From Diplonema japonicum (Eukaryota; Protista; Euglenozoa: Diplonemea), in contig OZ025709.1 in the NCBI GenBank assembly GCA_964019335.1, positions 434,001-498,000 on the forward strand: a stretch of 64,000 nucleotides of DNA, given 5' to 3'. Of this stretch, positions 56,136-64,000 are shown one piece after another; the first letter of the stretch is position 1, and every line of letters starts with the position of its first letter. Under the pieces are notes generated by a model. It worked only from the letters and a program-made list of their open reading frames with translations, ran no database searches and was not told where the DNA came from. The position numbers and the translations under genes were made by a program.

Positions 56136-56960
56136 ATGTCGTGCTGTCCACCTGGGGCGGTTGGTTACCTGGAGCCGCAGGGAGAGGACGGAAAGAAGGC
56201 TACTGCCGGCGGGTTTGAGGTGTACGAGTCCGGTGAATTTGGGAAGCCGATGCTGTTGCTGCTTCCGGACATCTGGGGGTGGAACAGTGGTAGGATCCGC
56301 AGCTTGGCTGACAACTTCGCAAAGAACGGGTACTTCGTTGCCATTGCCAAGGTGATGCCAGCGTTTGAGGGCGGGACAGACGATGATGCCCTGCCCCCCT
56401 TCTTTGAAATGTCGAGGGTGAAGGAGTGTGTCTTCCCCCTCTTCGTGGGTGAATGGGGTGTCGAGGCAGTTGTTCCGAAGATCCAAAAGGTGTTGGAGCA
56501 CTACGCTAGCAAAGGGGTGGAGAAGGTTTCGTTGTACGGGTTCTGCTACGGAGGATGGGTCGGCATGCATCTTGCTGCTTCGAAGACAGCTATTCCTATT
56601 GTGTGTGCTGCTTCATCGCACCCTTCCATCCACATTGAGGGGCTGCTCGGCAAAGACCCTTCTGCTCTCGCGAGCAAGCAGTCGTGTCCATGGCTCTTCC
56701 AGCCTACTGGTGTGCTTGGTGCCGAGGGGGCAGACCCTGATATGTACGATGCTGGCGGTGTTCTGATGAAGGCTCTTGAGGAGCTGTACCCTGGTAAGAA
56801 CCAGTCCACGAGGTACACGGCACAGCCTCATGGTTTCGTAAACAGGGGTGCCATCACCAACGGAACGGTCATTGGATCTAACGACAATACCAAGTCCGAC
56901 ATTGAGAAGGCTATCACAGAGGTCTTGACATTCATGGAGAAGAGTGGTGCCAAATGCTGA
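56136..56960 (+). CDS. Dienelactone hydrolase family protein
   Basis: MSCCPPG start, PDIWG, nucleophile motif GFCYGG, HPS, HGFVNRG. Confidence 0.92.
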   Translation: MSCCPPGAVGYLEPQGEDGKKATAGGFEVYESGEFGKPMLLLLPDIWGWNSGRIRSLADNFAKNGYFVAIAKVMPAFEGGTDDDALPPFFEMSRVKECVFPLFVGEWGVEAVVPKIQKVLEHYASKGVEKVSLYGFCYGGWVGMHLAASKTAIPIVCAASSHPSIHIEGLLGKDPSALASKQSCPWLFQPTGVLGAEGADPDMYDAGGVLMKALEELYPGKNQSTRYTAQPHGFVNRGAITNGTVIGSNDNTKSDIEKAITEVLTFMEKSGAKC

Positions 56961-57260
56961 AGTGACTGAACTGGGCTCCTGGAGTAAAAGGGGCCAACCT
57001 TAAGGCGTCTCCTTTAGAACGTTTCTTTTGTTGTTTCAAGTAGTTTACCTCCGCATCATACTACAACAGGAAGGGATCGATAGACGATGGATCTTGACAA
57101 TAAAGACCCGAAGAGGGCAATCATGTACCTCAAGGGCACCGAAGAGACCACCGACTAACCCCCACCACTAGCCGTCTACCTAGTAAGCCATTCAAGGCAG
57201 CGGGAAGAAAACAAAGTAAATGAAGTGTAATTAACCATCTATCAACGAGCGTCTATATAT

Positions 57261-58849
57261 GGGTCGATTTCAAACCCCCCCCCCCCCAAAATGAGGCCAA
57301 TTGACACTTTCGTTGCATCTTTGGGCATGCCGCCCCCTTTAAAAAAATTCTCCATATTTCCCGGCCCATATTAGGAAAGAACCCGGGTCAGAAATCGCTC
57401 AAGGGTGCTATTTTGACCTATGAAAAATTCAGTCTTAGGGTCAAAATCGGGTTTTAGTGGTTTTGGTAAAGTCAGAGATTATGCTTTCAATAGCAAGAAA
57501 TAGCGAAACTCACTGCTAGAAGGTGGCTGAAATGATGTTGGAAGTGGAAACCTTCATTTCCTAGTCTTCTGCGGCTGAGATGTGCTGCTGCTGAGTGGGC
57601 GACCTCGTTTCTTTTTCATACTATTAGGCCTTCTACCGCATTTTGGGGGGGTTTTAAGAGGCTCATTCGTAGGTGTACTTGGTGCTTTGGGCTTGTCATG
57701 GGGTGGCGAGTATTTTCGTAATTTGGTTACTATTCTTTCTCGTTTTTCAAGTCCGGGAAGGCTATCAGGAACGTCCTCATACTCATCACAAGATTCATAG
57801 ACTGGGGGCCTTTTCTCTGCCCTGTCTGCATCGAGTTCTTTGATGATGTACTTTAGTTCTTTCTAGCTCGTGGACGCACACGTAGCAAATACACCCTCCG
57901 GTGTGCTCCTGAGCTCATATGCACCTGTAAAATCCGGAAACTCAAGAATTTTCTTTTTGTACGGGCCAAAGACATCAGTAACTACATGCACGGCACACTG
58001 TATCGTATTGGTGATGTTAGCTATTTGTTCCACAGTTTTAATTGTTGTGGAACGAGGCACCCAAAACCAAAAAACACGAGAGAGCACACCAAAGTGGCTG
58101 TCCCTGTTGTTTTTGCCGTGTTTCTCCCCCAGAAACCACAGGGAAAACGTCCGATCGGGATATACAAAACGAAGACCAAAAAGAACAAAGTAGCAAAATT
58201 CCTTTGCACGAAAGTGACGCCCACCGTCAGTCCAGAGTATCCACTCCATTTTTTTCTTTATTTTTTTCTGTGCCCATGCTACTGTGGAACAAGACTTTTC
58301 CAACAGTAAGGCCAGCTGCCCTTATTTCATCATGTGTGATGTGGTCAAGCCTCATGCCTCTGACCAATTGGCGCCGTGTGGTGTCTTGTTGGCTACTAAA
58401 TCAACCAGAAAATGATAGCAGAAGTGCCGCTAGAAGTTCCCCTTTACACACTACGCCACAAACTAGTGCAGCACAGTCGTTGCCACTGAGCTTCTCAAAA
58501 ACCTCTGTGGCGAGTGTCCTGATCGCCGTGGTGTTCCCATTTACCCTTTCTCGGTCCGAATACCATTTTTTTTTACCCCTAGCTTCTCAACAGCAAGTTT
58601 AAAAGCATCCATTTTTGTCACCCCCTCTTTTACTGAATTTGTGCAAAGTGAAAAAACCCATTTTTGCCCCTAGGACTGAATTTTCTGGGTACCAGTAACA
58701 CTCACTTTCCCATTTTCTGGGGTGTTTTCTTTCCTTACCTGGGCCGGGAAAGTTGTAGAATTTTTTTTCTTTGGGAAAAAGTACTTAGAGAAATATTGAA
58801 AGTGTCAATTGGCCTCATTTTGGGGGGGGGGTTTTTTTGAAACGATGCC
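57261..58849 (-). mobile_element. Sola-like element, second copy
   Basis: Same as 40012-41600; ATAT on both sides. Confidence 0.7.
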
Positions 58850-59203
58850 ATATAGACGATTTGAAAAAAAATCTTTTACGCAAAGGGCTTTCAATGCAAT
58901 ACGGCCCGGCCCTTTCTTGCCGGCGGGGTCCTGCGCGGAAAATATGAAAAATATAAACTAAATGCTGCCCTAACTTAACAAGAAAATGAAAAAATAAAAA
59001 AAAACGCCAGCCCAAATTTACCGAGATGAGAAACAACTGTACAACTATTGTGTCCTTACCAACTCGGTTGAGGGTTTTATACCTAAGGTACCGAGGAGGG
59101 TGAACGAGGGGCCGAAGGCCACACCACAGCAGAAAGGTTCGATCAAGAGATAGATTGAGACTCTTCAGGCGTCCTGCCACATACCGCAGGTACCCTTAAA
59201 TGT

Positions 59204-59241
<38 letters not shown>

Positions 59242-59610
59242 ACTTGTTTTTTGTACCCCCTCTCAGGCACTTCAGGAACGATATTTTTGACAATGTTGTG
59301 GGGGTGGGCCCTGCTGTGGGCACCCTCTCTCTAGAATTGGGACATCTGGAGGCATTTCCGGGGGCATATAGCCCCGGCGTTGCGCTAGAATAGCTTTTTT
59401 TGAAGTTTTGAAAATTTACCCCCTGGTGGGCAAAAATGGTCCGTTGGTAGATGGTTAAATAGAAAAAAAAAAAGAAAAAAAAAGGGGGAAAAAAGGAAAG
59501 AAATAAATATAAAGGTGCACAATTGCTCAAGCCGACGAAAGCACAAACGTCTCAACACAATAATATTTCAGGGGGAGAATCGAGGATCGAAGAAGAAAAA
59601 AAAAGGGAAA

Positions 59611-60299
59611 ATGAGCATCACAGTGTTTGTGAAGACGAAAGCTGGGGTGGCACAATGTGGAAGTGGCAGGGGCGGAGACAATTAGGATTCTGTACAAGAA
59701 GGCGGGGTGTGCTGCTGGTTTACTCGAAGGCAAGTTCAAATTGGTTTGGGAGGGAGAGGTCCTGGACAAGAACAGGGGTGAGGAAGTTCAGGAACTTGGG
59801 CTCATGGAGGGCAGCGTGGTCCATGTGGAGGCGAAGTTGAGAACCGTTCAGCTGGAGGAGCTTAAGAGCTCAGATGTGGTTTCGGAGCTTGAGGGGCTTG
59901 TGTCAGCTGACCCTGAGCTGGTTCTGGTGGTGGAGGTGGGGGACTCGCCAGCTGTCGAAGTCTTGTCCATGAGCAGCAGTGACCTTCCTTCTGGACTTCG
60001 GTTACTCGTTGTCACCGACCCCACAGGCCGAGTTGATAATGCTTTTCTTCAACATTGTGAACACCTGACGACTGCTGATCTCATCCTCTCCAATGCTTCT
60101 ACCATTGGTGATAGTTTCTTGTCCAGGTGCGAAAACCTAGAAACCATCTATTTGAATGCGATGACCCATATTTATTCCATTGGTGATAGCTTCTTGTGTA
60201 GGTAGAAACCATTGTGATGATACTCGTTCCGTTCTTGTCGAGGTGCGAAAAACTAGAAACTATCGACTTGAGTGCAATGACCAATCCTTATTGGGCCAA
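59611..60299 (+). pseudogene. Ubl-LRR family copy, duplicate of 42362-43050
   Basis: Identical ORF translations. Confidence 0.85.
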
Positions 60300-60482
60300 G
60301 ATTTTTCCGAAGCCGTATAGGGGGATTTTTAACATGCCAAGTAGTGCCAAGATTTTTTTATTAAGGACACGACTAGGAACGCAGAAGAAGCTACTTCTCG
60401 GCCGGGGGGTGCCCCCTGTAATCAAGTAGATAGTTCGTGCTTCGTTGCATGCTTAACACCATCTAGTGTTGCAATCTCAAAG

Positions 60483-60627
60483 CTGTTTGATGTTTGATGT
60501 CGGTGACGAGGTCAGTCAACGCATTAGCTAGAGGCACGGCCCCTAGGGAGGTGGCTCCGCTGGCGGGGAACCTGGTTGCCCTCAGGAAGAACGACAGGGA
60601 CGTGTGGCCCATAGCAGTCGAGGATGT
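60483..60627 (+). mobile_element. Short CRE/SLACS reverse transcriptase fragment
   Basis: Near match to ~62925-63065 (SVNALARGTAPREVAPL..LVALRKNDRDV). Confidence 0.85.
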
Positions 60628-60715
60628 GAGTGGGCTTTGCCTTCCTCTGGTGTGTTTCTTTTGGAAAAAAAAAAAAAGAAAAAACATTCTCAAGTCCCCC
60701 TTTTGATTCTTTTTT

Positions 60716-60752
60716 CCAACGATTCTAAAGCTACAGTTTCTGTACTTTATTG
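60716..60752 (+). other. Spliced-leader exon copy (37 of 39 nt), not followed by an SL-RNA intron
   Basis: CCAACGATTCTAAAGCTACAGTTTCTGTACTTTATTG closely matches the diplonemid SL exon as recalled; its 3' part CAGTTTCTGTACTTTATTG is shared with kinetoplastids. Confidence 0.9.
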
Positions 60753-63675
60753 GTCGTTCGTGTTCTGCTGGTGCCTGCCGCCTCTGCCTGGGTTTGCCGC
60801 TGCGTCCGTCGTCCGTCGTCGCCGTCGTCCGGGGGGGTTGTTTTGCCCGTCGGCCTGCCCGCCGCTTACCGAAAGGATCCCCTCCCCCAACACACTTTAA
60901 AAAAAAAATAAAAAAAATAAAAAATGGATCCAAGACGGAACGCAAGAGGAGGTGACCACACAAACCGCAGGGAGAAGGAACCCCGACAGGCCGCCAGGCT
61001 GCACACGACGCCAGGGCCGACCCAACCAGACTATCTGGTTGGGCAGTATGAATCCCCACCCCCACCCCCTAGATCCCCCCACCCCCCTTTAGAAAAAAAA
61101 AATAAAATAAAAAATCACTAGTAGAGACCGCGGTTTTGACCGCCGCTGCTACAGCCACGGCCGCCCCAGCCGCCCTGAACGCCGCAGCCGACCCTGCCGC
61201 CCTGATCACCGCAACTGAGACCGCCGCAGCCGCCCCTGCCGCAGCCACGACCGCCGCGACCACGACCCCTGCAGCCGACCCTGCTATTGTTGAAGAGGGA
61301 AGAAAAGAGGGAGAAAAAAAGGGGTGGGTACTGGTGTATGGTGAACACCCTCCCGGGTTGAGGACGGGCCCGGCTCCTGCCTTCCCGAAAGCCCTGCTTT
61401 CAGGAAAGTGGGAGGCCCTGTCTGGGAACTCAGGGAGGGAGACCCTCCAATACGGGTACCGGTGGGAGGGGATGAACGCCAAGGTGCGCCCCACCACGGG
61501 GATCCCAGGGGGGGCGGAGGGGTGGGTAGGTGGCCGCCGCCGCAGGGCTCAAGGTGGTCCCCAACCAGGTACTTGTCAACAAGTACAAGTCTGGTTGTGG
61601 GATTGCCGCCTAGGTTTATCGTGCCTTGTGTGTCTTATGGAAAAAAAAAAAAAAAAAAACATTCTCAAGGCCCCTTTTTTTATTCTCAAAAAAAAAAAAA
61701 AAAAAAAAAAAAGCCCACAAGGACGATGCCTTTCCCCCTCCTAAATTTTACCCCCTGCTCCACTCATTCCTCCCTAGTATGTTTTTGAATTTGCCTCTTC
61801 TTCTTTTAAGCCTTTTTTGAGATTTTTATTTTTGAATTTTTATCATTTGGAGTTGCTTCTTCTTCTTCCCCTCTCCCTCCCATAAAGAAAAAGAGAAACC
61901 CATGCCTTCCTCCCAGGTTGGAACTTGATTGTCTGTTTTGGAATATTTTTATTTTCTCTTAAGGTTTATCGTGCCTTGTGTGTCTTTTGAAGAAAAAAAA
62001 AAACATTCTCAAGTCCCCCTTTTTATTTATTTTCTCAAGTCCCCCTTTTTAAAAAAAAAAAAAACCCGCAAAGCACGACCCCGTTCAACTCGACAAGGGT
62101 ATGGAAGTGTCACCTGGATGCGCACCTGGAGAGTGATGAGATCCCGGAGAGCGTTCTGAGGAGACTGGACCTCGAGAGGTGCCTGGTGTGCAGGGGCTGT
62201 GTGTGGAAGGGTCAGGGGTGCCACGACGAGTGCAAAAAGGCGGTGCGAAGGGAAGGGGAATACACGACCCCCCCGCCGGCCCCGACGAGGACCGAGTTAC
62301 CCAGCCTGGAAGCCATAGCCGCCATGAACGTCACGACCATGGGGTCGATCCCGACGAGCCTTCAAAGACTGTGGGGGCTTACCCTTAAGCACACTCTGGG
62401 CCGGGCGGTGAAGGACAACACAGAGGAGGCTTGGCTGCTGGTGGCGATGCTCCCCAAAGCCTGCCTGTGGAAGAAGAGGGGAGGGAAGAAGCGGGACAAG
62501 GAGACGGAGCTGAGTGTCCAGGCCAGATTGGAGGAGTGGGAGAAGGGAAATTACATGGCCCTCTGGAATAAGCTGGAATCAGGTGAGAAGGGGGAACCTA
62601 AGAACGACGAGGTCTCTAAGGTCGCCAAGGCCACGGAACTGTGCAGCAAAGGGAGGTTCTCGGCAGGAAACGCGGCGCTTGTAGCCCAGGGGCTGGCGGA
62701 AGACAATGAGGATTGCTGGAGAGCGCTGCAGAGCAAACATCCAGAGCCACTACACCCCCAATGGGACAACCCGGCGAAGACGAAGGAAGCGGTAGAAGTC
62801 TTGCCGGAAGAAGTGCTGGACGCAATCAGGGACTTCCCGAGGGGGACTGCTGCGGGACCGACTGGGCTGAGAGCCCAGCACATCAAGGACGCGGTGGACG
62901 GAGCTTTTGAGTCTCAAGGCTGTTTGATGTCGGTGACGAGGGCAGTCAACGCATTAGCTAGAGGCACGGCCCCTAGGGAGGTGGCTCCGCTGATGGCAGG
63001 GGCGAACCTTGTGGCCCTCAAGAAGAACGACAGGGACGTGCGGCCCATAGTCGTTGGGGATGTGCTGCGTCGGCTGGTGGGGAAATCCCTTGTGAAGAAG
63101 ATCGCTCCGGAAGTGGCCTCTTCGTACCTGAAGAAAGGCGGCCAGGTGGGGGTATCGGTCCCTGCTGGAATGGAGGCGGCTATACACACCATCAGGCAGT
63201 ATGTGGACAGGGAACGGGGCAACAAGCAGGAAAACAAGGTGATCCTCAAGATCGACTATGCCAACGCCTTCAACAGTGTTTGTCGGAGACAGCTGTGCTC
63301 ACAGGCCTATGAGCAAGCGTCGGGGCTGTATGCGTGGGCCGATTGGTGCTACAGGGTGCCCTCCCAATTATACTACAACGGAAAGGTGATTAAGTCCCAG
63401 GAAGGGGTGCAACAGGGGGACCCGATGGGACCACTGCTGTTCTCTCTGGCCATCCAACCCCTGGTGAACAAGATAAGTGAAGACTGCAACCTGGACATCC
63501 TCCAGTTCTACCTGGACGATGGCGTCCTTGTGGGGAATGTGGATGAAGTGAGAAAGGCGTACAACATCTTGTGTGAGCTGAGCGGAATGATAGGGCTGAA
63601 AGTGAAACCCCAGAAGTGCGAGCTCATATGGGTTAGTGGCGACCTCCCCCAGACAGTGGAGGACACAGGCTTCGA
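60716..63675 (+). mobile_element. CRE/SLACS-clade non-LTR retrotransposon, rearranged and 3'-interrupted
   Basis: SL + GC-rich 5' UTR, ATG at 60924, Ala/Thr-rich segment, Cys/His motif near 62100-62240, then the RT ORF. Confidence 0.7.
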
Positions 63676-63937
63676 TGGCCGGTCTCCACGGCTAACCCGG
63701 TCGCAGACACGGCCCCTGCCACAGATCCAGTCCCCGCAACCAGCCCAGTCGCTGACCCGGTCCCCGTCACAGACCCGGTCCCCGCAGCTAACCCGGTCCC
63801 TGTCACGGACCCGGCCCCCACAACCAACCCGGTTGGAGACACGGCCCCCATCACAGACCCGGTCCCCGCAGCCAGCCCAGTCGCTGACCCGGTCCCCGTC
63901 ACGGATCCGGTCCCCGCATCTGGCCCGGTCTCGATAG
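62186..63937 (+). CDS. CRE/SLACS-type reverse transcriptase ORF, truncated after the RT domain (no RLE endonuclease in this ORF)
   Basis: AAGPTGLRAQH, LVALKK..VRPIVVGDVLRRLV, KIDYANAFNSV, GVQQGDPMGPLLFSL, YLDDG. Confidence 0.9.
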   Translation: MCRGCVWKGQGCHDECKKAVRREGEYTTPPPAPTRTELPSLEAIAAMNVTTMGSIPTSLQRLWGLTLKHTLGRAVKDNTEEAWLLVAMLPKACLWKKRGGKKRDKETELSVQARLEEWEKGNYMALWNKLESGEKGEPKNDEVSKVAKATELCSKGRFSAGNAALVAQGLAEDNEDCWRALQSKHPEPLHPQWDNPAKTKEAVEVLPEEVLDAIRDFPRGTAAGPTGLRAQHIKDAVDGAFESQGCLMSVTRAVNALARGTAPREVAPLMAGANLVALKKNDRDVRPIVVGDVLRRLVGKSLVKKIAPEVASSYLKKGGQVGVSVPAGMEAAIHTIRQYVDRERGNKQENKVILKIDYANAFNSVCRRQLCSQAYEQASGLYAWADWCYRVPSQLYYNGKVIKSQEGVQQGDPMGPLLFSLAIQPLVNKISEDCNLDILQFYLDDGVLVGNVDEVRKAYNILCELSGMIGLKVKPQKCELIWVSGDLPQTVEDTGFDGRSPRLTRSQTRPLPQIQSPQPAQSLTRSPSQTRSPQLTRSLSRTRPPQPTRLETRPPSQTRSPQPAQSLTRSPSRIRSPHLARSR

Positions 63938-63990
63938 TCCCTGACGACCCAGTGCCCACAACTGGCCCAGTCTACGCCACGGACCTAGTC
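63680..63990 (+). repeat. 18-bp minisatellite (reads TDPVPA-like in another frame)
   Basis: acagacccggtccccgca-type units. Confidence 0.85.
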
Positions 63991-64000
63991 AGTTCGCCTG

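Larger units (their letters stand above)
57252..60466 (+). mobile_element. Helitron-like non-autonomous unit, copy 2
   Basis: 5' TCTATATAT; 3' hairpin CGTGC/GCATG + 11 nt + CTAG followed by T; no TSD. Confidence 0.65.

Noticed and set aside
57250-58858. Extending the Sola TIR to CGTCTATAT/ATATAGACG
   Set aside because: No TSD outside it and absent from copy 1; better explained as a palindromic target plus ATAT duplication.
60716-60830. Functional SL RNA gene
   Set aside because: Lacks the first AA, the GTATG-type intron start, a clear Sm site and tandem organisation.
62186-63937. DGR reverse transcriptase acting on the LRRs
   Set aside because: Motifs are those of CRE-clade non-LTR RT, and no template repeat is visible in the window.

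Overview
Eukaryotic nuclear DNA, most likely from a diplonemid (Euglenozoa). The evidence is a near-complete diplonemid-type spliced-leader exon at 60716-60752, a CRE/SLACS-clade retrotransposon, short GT-AG introns and same-strand gene blocks. A minus-strand block (Sec23, TIP41, a giant sacsin-like gene with a broken BTB-PARP tail, a hypothetical protein, a helical-repeat protein) diverges from a plus-strand block (EGF+GH43-like hydrolase, a ~2900-aa degenerate NACHT-pentapeptide-propeller NLR-like protein, dienelactone hydrolase). Between and among these genes lie nested transposon relics (hAT, MITEs, pogo, Sola-like, Crypton-like, CRE/SLACS). Most notable: (i) a four-copy ubiquitin-like + LRR family whose 75-bp repeats differ only at amino-acid-changing sites, two copies of which sit in a freshly duplicated Helitron-like unit; (ii) hammerhead-like structured inserts at these genes; (iii) strong local CpG-to-TpG/CpA decay; (iv) an SL-capped retroelement 5' end. 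All calls are by eye from motifs; no searches or folding programs were run.
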